Origin: Nitrososphaeria archaeon
GTDB lineage: Archaea > Thermoproteota > Nitrososphaeria > Nitrososphaerales > JAAOZN01
Length of the DNA: 64,000 bases
Reading direction: 5' to 3'
NCBI GenBank assembly: GCA_029775855.1
Contig: JARVJZ010000004.1
Coordinates: forward strand, 1 to 64,000
In this document: positions 30,010 through 38,160 of the stretch, piece by piece
Position numbering within the stretch: the first letter of the stretch is position 1
Layout: every line of letters begins with the position of its first letter
Program-made: the position numbers and the translations under genes
Notes under the pieces: generated by a model
Seen by the model: the letters and a program-made list of their open reading frames with translations, nothing else
The model's database searches: none
Told to the model about the DNA's origin: nothing

Positions 30010-32526
30010 CTATGCTTTTTGAACCTCAACTAATGTGTCAAAGAAGGAGCAGTTTAGAGTTATTGGATTCTTGTGTGCTGGTGTCAACTCATTATAGCTA
30101 CCTGCTGCGAACTGCCTTTTTTGCCATCCTTTATCCATGTTAATCAAGCCCGGTCTTAAACTTGGATTTAATTTGGCTCTCGCTCTTACCCAGCCTCTAT
30201 CGTTAAACACGTTAACGACATCGCCATTCTTAATTCCTCTGGCTTCAGCGTCCCTCGGGTTCATTTCGACAAATGGTTCTGGATCTAGTTCCCTTAACCA
30301 AGGAACTTCATACCACTGGGAGTGAACACGCCACTTCGAATGCTGCTGTATAAGCGTCAATGGATACTTCTTAGTTAAAGGGTTTTCGACCCAAGCTTCT
30401 TTAGGTGATTCAAAGTATGGAAGCGGATTAACACCCATAGTTACAGATATACCAAGAGCTGGATATGCCCAAGGATAGTTTAAAATCACCCTCTCAGAAT
30501 AAAACTCAAGACGCCCAGTTTGAGTAGGGTATTTACCGTCTTCATAGCCTATATAAGGCTCTTTAGAAAGTCTTACTACTCCCTCTTCTTTGAATCTTTT
30601 GATCTTTTCTTCACCGTATACTTCCTTTAACGCAGCAAGTATTCTTTCCCGATGGTCAGCTTCTGAACCTTGAAAGTATTGACCGAATCCCATCTTTTCA
30701 GCTAACATCTTAAAGATGTCCCAATCACTTTTGCATTCATACAACGGTTTGATCGCTCTTTCTTGGATCATTAGGTATGGGTGTAAACCACCCATTAAAT
30801 CGTCGTTCTCAAACCACGTTGTAGCTGGGAGAACAATATCAGCAAACATAGCTGTATCATTCATCTTCTGCTCTATCACTACGATAAATTCTAAGTTTTC
30901 TTCGGAAAACAGCTTTTCAATCCACTTTTGATTAGGGTAGCTGTTAACAAAGTTAGTACAAGATATTACTGCAGCTTTGATGGTGTATGGTGTTGGGATG
31001 GGGTCTTTGCTTATAGTTCCTTTTAAGGGGTCAGCCGGATCGCTAGGCACATACCTTTCAACATAACCATAAGCTATTGCGTCGTAAGCTAGGAGCGGAT
31101 TCAGGGTGTGAGCTTCTGTCCCAGATGGGGTAACCCACCTCCAAGACTCACTTAAAGCTGCTATTAGAGCTGAACCACCGTATGGTCCTCCAACCATCGC
31201 GCCAGGCCTACCTATGTTTCCAGTTAGTGCTGCTAGTGTAGCTAACGCTCTACCAGTAAGATAGCCATTATCCCATCTATCTACACCGAACCCTGCGAGA
31301 ATGCAGGCTGGTTTTCTTGTTGCATAGAGCCTTGCTACTTCTTGAACTTCGTTTGCAGGAACTTCGGTTAGCGCTTCAGCGTTTTCGGGTTTATATTTTG
31401 AGGCTTCTTCCCAAAGTAGCTGTAGAGCTGTTTTACAAAGTATACCATTAATTACGTATTTTCCAAAAAGAGCTGGAGGCATAGCTTTCTCGAAAACCGT
31501 TGGAGCGTCGGTGGCTTCATCATAGACTACATAATTGTTACTACCGTTTTCTTTGATGTCTTTTTCTCTTAAAAATAGACCATTATCTAATCTAACCAGA
31601 AATGGTGCGACTGTGCGCTCTAGAACAAACTTTCTATCATATAGCTCTTCATTCAATATGGTGTAGATCATTGAGAGGGCTAGCGCCGGATCTGAGCCTG
31701 GTCTTGGTTTTAGCCATATATCTGATTTGGCGGCTACAACACTCATTCTAGGATCGATGGAAACCATTTTTGCCCCGTTTTCCAGAGCATCTGCTACGAA
31801 ATGCCAGTTTTGAATCTGGCTTTCAGTGAAGTTAGACCCCCACATTATGATAAGCCTAGTATTATCTGCTATATCCACTGCTTCGTTAGCGCCAAAGAAA
31901 GCTGAGCTACCTCCTGGGATGTTTGCAATAACTTGGCTAAGTCCAAGTGGGAGGGCTGAGTCGACTCCTCCTTCTACTACCGTACCTTGAAATATATTGG
32001 CAAATAGCTTCATGGCGCCACAGAAGCTACCATTCACTAAACCATAATTCCCAGAGAGTGTAGCGAACATTACAGCACTTGAGCCATACTTCTCTTTGAC
32101 TTTTAAGAGTTTTTGTGCAATAGTGTTAATGGCTTCATCCCAGCTTATCCTTACCCACTTACCCTCACCCCTCTTCCCCACTCTTTTCAAAGGATACTTT
32201 AGTCTATTTGGATCATAAACACGTTGAACATGAGATAAACCTCTAAGGCATATCCGATCATACCTTCTATTGGGCATAGGTGCCATCTCAGTTTTAACAA
32301 GCTTATCCTCAAATACGTGGACATAAAGCCTGCAGCTCTGCCAGCAGTTAGGAGCGCAAGCGCTACGAAATACTTTAGTTGTCTTCTCCATCTTTTCGAT
32401 TGAAGCAGAAGCGCGAGATGGTATAAGCAAATTGCAACCAAGTGAGGATAAAGCTGCAATAGAAGTTGTTAAGGCAAGGCCTTTCAGGAAGGAACGACGC
32501 GATAGAACCATTGTAGGCTTATCCAC
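30010..32526 (-). CDS. dmsA: Tat-exported DMSO-reductase-family catalytic subunit, haloarchaeal DmsA-like (likely Asp ligand)
   Basis: SRRSFLK Tat motif plus ASA cleavage site, CAPNCWQSC...ICLRGLSHVQRVYDP and GGVDSA; dmsABCD-type gene order. Substrate uncertain. Confidence 0.8.
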   Translation of the reverse strand: MDKPTMVLSRRSFLKGLALTTSIAALSSLGCNLLIPSRASASIEKMEKTTKVFRSACAPNCWQSCRLYVHVFEDKLVKTEMAPMPNRRYDRICLRGLSHVQRVYDPNRLKYPLKRVGKRGEGKWVRISWDEAINTIAQKLLKVKEKYGSSAVMFATLSGNYGLVNGSFCGAMKLFANIFQGTVVEGGVDSALPLGLSQVIANIPGGSSAFFGANEAVDIADNTRLIIMWGSNFTESQIQNWHFVADALENGAKMVSIDPRMSVVAAKSDIWLKPRPGSDPALALSMIYTILNEELYDRKFVLERTVAPFLVRLDNGLFLREKDIKENGSNNYVVYDEATDAPTVFEKAMPPALFGKYVINGILCKTALQLLWEEASKYKPENAEALTEVPANEVQEVARLYATRKPACILAGFGVDRWDNGYLTGRALATLAALTGNIGRPGAMVGGPYGGSALIAALSESWRWVTPSGTEAHTLNPLLAYDAIAYGYVERYVPSDPADPLKGTISKDPIPTPYTIKAAVISCTNFVNSYPNQKWIEKLFSEENLEFIVVIEQKMNDTAMFADIVLPATTWFENDDLMGGLHPYLMIQERAIKPLYECKSDWDIFKMLAEKMGFGQYFQGSEADHRERILAALKEVYGEEKIKRFKEEGVVRLSKEPYIGYEDGKYPTQTGRLEFYSERVILNYPWAYPALGISVTMGVNPLPYFESPKEAWVENPLTKKYPLTLIQQHSKWRVHSQWYEVPWLRELDPEPFVEMNPRDAEARGIKNGDVVNVFNDRGWVRARAKLNPSLRPGLINMDKGWQKRQFAAGSYNELTPAHKNPITLNCSFFDTLVEVQKA

Positions 32527-32585
32527 TACAAGCCTATCTTTTATATTTTTCCTTGGTTGTCGCTAAATTTTTTGTTTATTTTGTT

Positions 32586-32600
32586 TAAATATTTATATAT
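32586..32600 (+). promoter_or_regulatory. TATA promoter of molybdoenzyme copy 2
   Basis: TAAATATTTATATAT, with TTTATATA starting 27 bp outside the repeat edge. Confidence 0.55.
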
Positions 32601-32618
32601 TAGCTCTACTTTGATTTA

Positions 32619-33024
32619 GAGCAAGAGTTGATGTTGTTTGGGTGAGGAGGTTAAGGTTTCTCGCCGTTCTATGTTGAAGTGGGCTGGCGCTTTAGCTGCT
32701 TCTGCTGTAGCTGGTGTTGCGGTTGGTGTTGGTGCTGATAGGCTTCTCACACCTATCAGAGAGGTTGAAAAGACAGTCACAGCAACAGTAACACAGACCA
32801 GAACCACAACACAAACAGCGACGGTAACAACACCAGTAACACAGACAACGACAGTCACAACACCAGTAACACAAACAGCAACAGTAACTCAAACAGCAAC
32901 CACAACCGTAACTCAAACACCACCCCCACCACCAAGCCTAAAACCACCCCTATCACCAGAAATCAAACAAAGAGTCGAAGCCATAAAACAGCAACTAGCA
33001 GCAAAACACCAACAAGAAACCATA
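32619..33024 (+). repeat. 406-bp inverted repeat, right copy
   Basis: Identical to the reverse complement of 25250-25655; covers 19 nt upstream plus codons 1-129. Confidence 0.97.
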
Positions 33025-35328
33025 GTGTACAGTGGGGGGTGTGGAATAAATTGTGGTGGTGGCGGAGGTTGGGATAGTGGGTGCTTCTTTAAAATAAGAC
33101 TTAGGGATGGTGTGATAACAGCTATAGAATCTGATGATACTATTAACACCAATCTGCCTAGGGAAGACGAAGTAAAAGATAACATTGATAAAGTGAGACT
33201 TCAACGCCGACCGTGTGTCCGTGGTAGAGCTTGGCGCAAATATATCTACGGACCAGACCGTATTCTATATCCATTGAAGAGAGTAGGTCAAAGAGGTGAG
33301 GGAAAGTTTGTTCGAATTAGTTGGAATGAGGCTCTAGATACTATTGCAGCTAAAATGAAAGAAATGAAAGAGAAATACGGTCCATACTCAATAGGCACTA
33401 TGTATGAGTACCAAGAGTTTCCTAACATTCTTGCATACTTTGGTTGCGGCGCTACAGGTTGGAGCACAGCGTCTTTTGAAGCTACTAACTTTGCTGGGCT
33501 ACAGATGATGGGTGCTTGGGCTTGGATACCTTACGTTGATCACGAAGCACCAGACATTTTTAACACTAAACTCATAATCATGTGGGGGTGGGACCCAACT
33601 ACATCAGAATGGATGATCTTCACAAAATACTATCTTCTACTAGCAAAAGAAAAGGGTATACCAATTATCGTAATCGAACCTAGATATACGTCATCGGCAG
33701 AAGTTTATGCAGACCAGTGGATACCAATTAGACCCGGCACTGATGTAGCAATGATGTTAGCGATGGCAAACGTTATATTCAAGGAAAAGCTTTACGATCA
33801 AGATTATATCTCGAAATATGTGGATACGAATGGTCTTCAAAAATGGATGGACTATGTCTTAGGTAAGTCTGATGGAGTCGATAAGACGCCTGAGTGGGCA
33901 GAGAAGATATGCGGTGTTCCTGCTGAAACTATACGCGACTTAGCTCGACTATACGCTAAGAGCAAACCTTGCCATCTTAATGTAAGCTGGGCGCAAGCCA
34001 GACAGCCTTGGGGTGAGAATGTCGCTAGAGCAGCAATAGCTTTACACGCCATAACGGGAAACATAGGTGTGCCAGGTGGTGCTTCTTGCTTAGGTGGTGG
34101 ATTTGTGGCAAGAGGTGTTTATGATAGCCCAGTTGTCGATTATAGGCAAAAACCTGTTCCCGTAACAGAAATGTGGGGTGGGACATTACCAGTGCTATAT
34201 TGCAACTGGAAGTGGGCTGATGTAGTTCTGCTAAAAGAGAAGGTTGATAAGGGTGAGATGACTAAAGAAGATTACTACAGCATCATCGGTAACGATGCAA
34301 ATAACCCTATGCCCAATCTACATATGTTATGGATAAATAAGAACATATTTAATCAGACAGTTGATCTTAACAAACAAATCAAGGCTATTATGAAGATGGA
34401 CTTTGTAGTTGCTTGCGGGAGGCATATGACGCCATCAAACAAATATGCTGATATAATATTGCCCCTAACAGATGTCATGTTTGAAGAAAGACACTTTTTC
34501 GGCAACATGTATGCACCAAAGATCATTAACCCCCCAGGAGAAGCAAAAGATTTGTTGTGGATTCAAACTCAACTCGCCAAAAGACTGGGTCTTCTCGACT
34601 TGTATATGCCACTCTACACTACAGATGCTGAATGGGATAACTTGCTGGAAAGGCTCCATAAAGAAGCCTATGAAAAATGGGCGGCTCAACGAGGAATAAA
34701 TGTTTCTTGGGAGGAGTTTAAGAAGAAGCCAATAATACGCAGAGATGTCGTAGGAGAATTGAATTATCCCTTTAAAGCGCAGATTCAGAAAGGTGAGAAA
34801 TTTAACACAAGTACTGGCAAGATCGAAATATATTCTGAATATTTGGCTAAGACTGATCTAAAGAAGACAAGATACGGAGGATATATAGATCCTATGCCAG
34901 TCTACAGACCGCTTTGGGAAGGCTTTTACGATCCAAAAGCAAAAAAGTATCCACTTATGGTTATCACACCCCACGGAAGGTACAGAATCCACTCTGTTCA
35001 AGACTCTAATCCTTGGTTATCTGAAGATGCATATAGGAACTCAGTTTGGATAAGTGTGGTCGACGCTAAAGCAAGAGGCATTAAAGACGGTGACTTAGTC
35101 AGAGTTTACAACGACGTGGGAGAAATGGTGATTCCAGCTTATGTGACTTCGAGGATAGTACCTGGTGTAGTCTGTGTGTATGAGGGTAGATGGTATAGTC
35201 CAAACCCCAAAGGAGTCGATCGTAGAGGATGCAGTGATATAATATGTTATAATGAGAGTGCTGTACAACGATATCCCGGCGCTGGAGCTTGGCCGTTTAC
35301 AGCGCTTGTGGAGGTTGAAAAGTTCTAA
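32638..35328 (+). CDS. Tat-exported DMSO-reductase-family (DmsA-like, Ser-ligand) molybdoenzyme with Thr-rich stalk, copy 2
   Basis: Same N-terminal 129 aa as copy 1; CGINCGGGGGWDSGC...PCVRG, WSTASFE, IRPGTDVA and C-terminal MGD domain. Confidence 0.93.
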   Translation: MGEEVKVSRRSMLKWAGALAASAVAGVAVGVGADRLLTPIREVEKTVTATVTQTRTTTQTATVTTPVTQTTTVTTPVTQTATVTQTATTTVTQTPPPPPSLKPPLSPEIKQRVEAIKQQLAAKHQQETIVYSGGCGINCGGGGGWDSGCFFKIRLRDGVITAIESDDTINTNLPREDEVKDNIDKVRLQRRPCVRGRAWRKYIYGPDRILYPLKRVGQRGEGKFVRISWNEALDTIAAKMKEMKEKYGPYSIGTMYEYQEFPNILAYFGCGATGWSTASFEATNFAGLQMMGAWAWIPYVDHEAPDIFNTKLIIMWGWDPTTSEWMIFTKYYLLLAKEKGIPIIVIEPRYTSSAEVYADQWIPIRPGTDVAMMLAMANVIFKEKLYDQDYISKYVDTNGLQKWMDYVLGKSDGVDKTPEWAEKICGVPAETIRDLARLYAKSKPCHLNVSWAQARQPWGENVARAAIALHAITGNIGVPGGASCLGGGFVARGVYDSPVVDYRQKPVPVTEMWGGTLPVLYCNWKWADVVLLKEKVDKGEMTKEDYYSIIGNDANNPMPNLHMLWINKNIFNQTVDLNKQIKAIMKMDFVVACGRHMTPSNKYADIILPLTDVMFEERHFFGNMYAPKIINPPGEAKDLLWIQTQLAKRLGLLDLYMPLYTTDAEWDNLLERLHKEAYEKWAAQRGINVSWEEFKKKPIIRRDVVGELNYPFKAQIQKGEKFNTSTGKIEIYSEYLAKTDLKKTRYGGYIDPMPVYRPLWEGFYDPKAKKYPLMVITPHGRYRIHSVQDSNPWLSEDAYRNSVWISVVDAKARGIKDGDLVRVYNDVGEMVIPAYVTSRIVPGVVCVYEGRWYSPNPKGVDRRGCSDIICYNESAVQRYPGAGAWPFTALVEVEKF

Positions 35329-35336
35329 GAGGTGGT

Positions 35337-36083
35337 ATGATGGTTCAATATGGATTTTTCTTTGACCAAAGCAGATGCATAGGTTGCAGAGCTTGCGCTG
35401 TAGCTTGCAAGGACTGGAACGATCTGCCTGAAGGACCGGTTAAGTGGCTTCGGATATATGAATATGAAAAGGGTGCTTTCCCAAATGTGAGGGTTCACTA
35501 CCACTTCATTCCTTGTTTCCATTGCGAAAACCCCATATGTATAGACGCATCTAGTGCTCGCGGTATTTATAAGGAAGAAAAGTATGGTGCTGTGTTAATA
35601 GACCCTGATAAGGCTACTAAACTGAGGGATGCAGCCGCTGCTTGCCTATACGGTTCGATAGTCTTTGAAAGTGATGCCTCTGATGCAAAAGCCTCAAAAT
35701 GCACAATGTGCATAGATCGATTAGAAGAGGGGCTACTACCAGTTTGCGTAGCAGCGTGCCCAACTAGAGCTTTGGATTTTGGACCTCTTGAAACATTGCA
35801 AAGAAAGTATGGTACAAACAGGGATCTAGAGGATCTACCACCGTCTACTCTAACAAAGCCTTCCGCAATCTTTAAGCCACACTCTCCGAAGAAGCAGCTA
35901 GTCAGCTACGATGTAAATAAGGCCCTAAAGCTGCTTGCTGAAAGAGGCGATCTACCAAGTATATATAGTACAGCTGAGGATGTATTAAATATACCAGAAG
36001 GGCTGTTAAAGCGCAATAAGTTAGTTCTTAAGCCAAATAGCGTAAAGGACCTTCAAGAACTAACAAGGGACGATAACGCCTAA
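35337..36083 (+). CDS. DmsB-like Fe-S subunit with only 12 cluster Cys
   Basis: Groups I and IV intact; group II ends CIDAS and group III reads ATKLRDAAAACLY. Confidence 0.9.
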   Translation: MMVQYGFFFDQSRCIGCRACAVACKDWNDLPEGPVKWLRIYEYEKGAFPNVRVHYHFIPCFHCENPICIDASSARGIYKEEKYGAVLIDPDKATKLRDAAAACLYGSIVFESDASDAKASKCTMCIDRLEEGLLPVCVAACPTRALDFGPLETLQRKYGTNRDLEDLPPSTLTKPSAIFKPHSPKKQLVSYDVNKALKLLAERGDLPSIYSTAEDVLNIPEGLLKRNKLVLKPNSVKDLQELTRDDNA

Positions 36084-36099
36084 GAATCTCTACAGTTTC

Positions 36100-37218
36100 A
36101 TGACTCTCCTCTCATATTTTTTTAGAATTTTATGGATTTTCCTTTCACTTTCAATTTCTTCAGCAGCAGTATGGTCAGTTTTTTACCTACCAAATCCACA
36201 ATTACCTAGCAACAACAATGTTCTTCAACTTGTTAATAGCGGGGGAATGCCGGCAATAGACTCTCTTGGCGATACTGTCTCCTACATTTCATTAAATGAT
36301 GGATATAGTGAGATATGGTTGATTCGCAGCGATGGAAGAGAAAATAGACTTTTAACACCTATAAAAGGTAATATATCTAAAATTAAGTGGAGTCCAAATG
36401 GATTAGTAATAGCGTTTATTGCTAATCAAGGCTCTGATAAGATCTTCAGGATTTCGAAATATGGTGGAGTTATTACGCCAGTGAGCCGCGCGTTTGATGC
36501 TATCGAACAATTTGTATGGCTAGACGATGAATGGATTTTGCACGACGGCTACGAAAATGGTAAGTGGGGCGTATATCTCTCTAAAACAGACCGCGTGTAC
36601 GTTAGACTTAGCTCTTTCGATATCGACGCAAAGCATCCTAACTTATTAAAAGAAGGATCTCTTGTTGCAATGAGCGCAAAATATAGCGAGGGATACAAAA
36701 TAATCCTTTACAATCTCACATCAGGAAGTTGGACTCCTATAACTTTTGGAAGTGGTGATGATCTTAAACCCGCATTCAGCCCAGACGGCAAGAAGATAGC
36801 ATACCTATCTAATCGAGCAGGCAGGTGGAGCATTTGGCTAAAGAACATTGACACCGATAGTGAAATAGATCTTACGGCACCTTTTTCAGAGAGACGATAC
36901 CCCAGTTGGGCTCCTGATGTAGACCTCAATACAACTTTGATCTGGAAACCAGATTCACAACATCTAATATTCGACGGAAAACGTGGAAATTCCCGCGAGA
37001 TTTATATAATTAACTTAAGTGGTGGAACGGTAACTTTACGTTTCGCCGTTAAAGAATATTTTCCTCTGATACTCAACGTGGTATTTGAAAGCGTTTCGTC
37101 CTACAATCCAGTAATAGATCCAAGAGGTGAAAGTATATACTTTGAGAATAGAGGAGAAGGAGCCAGCAGTGTTTGGCGATTAGATCTTAACGTAAAACGA
37201 GCCTTATCTTATGGTTGA
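36100..37218 (+). CDS. exported TolB-like (PD40) beta-propeller protein
   Basis: Signal helix; WSPNG, PAFSPDGKKIAYLSNR and WKPDS repeats. Confidence 0.85.
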   Translation: MTLLSYFFRILWIFLSLSISSAAVWSVFYLPNPQLPSNNNVLQLVNSGGMPAIDSLGDTVSYISLNDGYSEIWLIRSDGRENRLLTPIKGNISKIKWSPNGLVIAFIANQGSDKIFRISKYGGVITPVSRAFDAIEQFVWLDDEWILHDGYENGKWGVYLSKTDRVYVRLSSFDIDAKHPNLLKEGSLVAMSAKYSEGYKIILYNLTSGSWTPITFGSGDDLKPAFSPDGKKIAYLSNRAGRWSIWLKNIDTDSEIDLTAPFSERRYPSWAPDVDLNTTLIWKPDSQHLIFDGKRGNSREIYIINLSGGTVTLRFAVKEYFPLILNVVFESVSSYNPVIDPRGESIYFENRGEGASSVWRLDLNVKRALSYG

Positions 37219-37292
37219 TACCAGTTACACTCCATTTTTCACCTTGACAACTTACATATTAATAGTACTTATGGAATTAAGATGACGGTCTA

Positions 37293-38156
37293 ATGAACGC
37301 TAAACCTATACTCATTATAATTGCTTTAATTATAGTTTCGTTAGCCGGTGTATTTTCTTATAATCTTCACCAACCTTTAGAGGTTGATAGAGTTGTTGAC
37401 GTGAGGTGGCTTGAAACTAATTGCGGTGGAGTCAAGATTGTAGCGGTTGGAAGCGACCAATCGCTTTTTAAAAGAGGATACATTCCTAGATCCTCTTTTA
37501 TATCTTACCAAGATCTAATAGATAAGAATTCGAGTATTCAAGGGCTGGTCTTGAAGGCTGAGGATTTTGAGAGGTTGATGAGCCATCTTGGAGTCTCAGA
37601 GAAGACCAGCATTCTGCTTTATGATAATCAATCTGGCTTATTTGCTGCACGAGCCTACTGGACACTCTACTATTATGGGCATAAGAGTATCCTGTTCCTG
37701 GATGGTGGAGTATCATCGTGGATAAAGGCTGGGTTACCATTAGAATCAACAACCACATCTAGCATATCTTCACAATACAAAATAGGTCAACTAAACTCTC
37801 AATCTCTAGCTACATTAACATACGTTAAAAGCCATTTGTATGATCCCCATGTTGTGATCATAGATGCTAGATCTGAAAGTGAATACTCTGAAGGCCATAT
37901 TCCGAATGCAATCCACATAGAATGGTCAGCTACGCTCACCTCTGAAGGCTTATTCAAAAATAAAACAGTATTAAAAGAATTATTTGCAAAACAAGGCATC
38001 ACACCTGAGAAGACTATAGTCACATATTGTAGAACTGGTGTGAGAGGGGCGCACATGTGGTTTGTGCTAAGTCAGATACTTAAATACCCTAATGTTATGC
38101 TTTATGACGGCTCTTGGGAAGAGTGGCTGGCAACAAGTCAGCCCATAGAAAGATAG
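37293..38156 (+). CDS. two-domain rhodanese/sulfurtransferase with N-terminal signal/anchor
   Basis: AARAYW, LDGG, DARS.SEY..GHIPNA, active loop YCRTGVR and YDGSWEEW; hydrophobic N-terminus. Confidence 0.92.
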   Translation: MNAKPILIIIALIIVSLAGVFSYNLHQPLEVDRVVDVRWLETNCGGVKIVAVGSDQSLFKRGYIPRSSFISYQDLIDKNSSIQGLVLKAEDFERLMSHLGVSEKTSILLYDNQSGLFAARAYWTLYYYGHKSILFLDGGVSSWIKAGLPLESTTTSSISSQYKIGQLNSQSLATLTYVKSHLYDPHVVIIDARSESEYSEGHIPNAIHIEWSATLTSEGLFKNKTVLKELFAKQGITPEKTIVTYCRTGVRGAHMWFVLSQILKYPNVMLYDGSWEEWLATSQPIER

Positions 38157-38160
38157 ACGA

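Noticed and set aside
25358-32916. Two identical Cys-rich 74-aa ORFs (MSYGCGCC...) at 25358-25582 and 32692-32916, resembling metallothioneins or radical SAM RiPP precursors
   Set aside because: They are antisense shadows of the ACA/GTA-rich Thr/Val stalk codons, entirely inside the molybdoenzyme genes; their identity only reflects the inverted repeat.
22961-35328. Respiratory arsenate reductase ArrA or arsenite oxidase AioA/ArxA
   Set aside because: FS0 spacing and active-site regions look DmsA-like (Ser or Asp) rather than ArrA-like, and there is no Rieske subunit. An arsenic substrate remains only a hypothesis.
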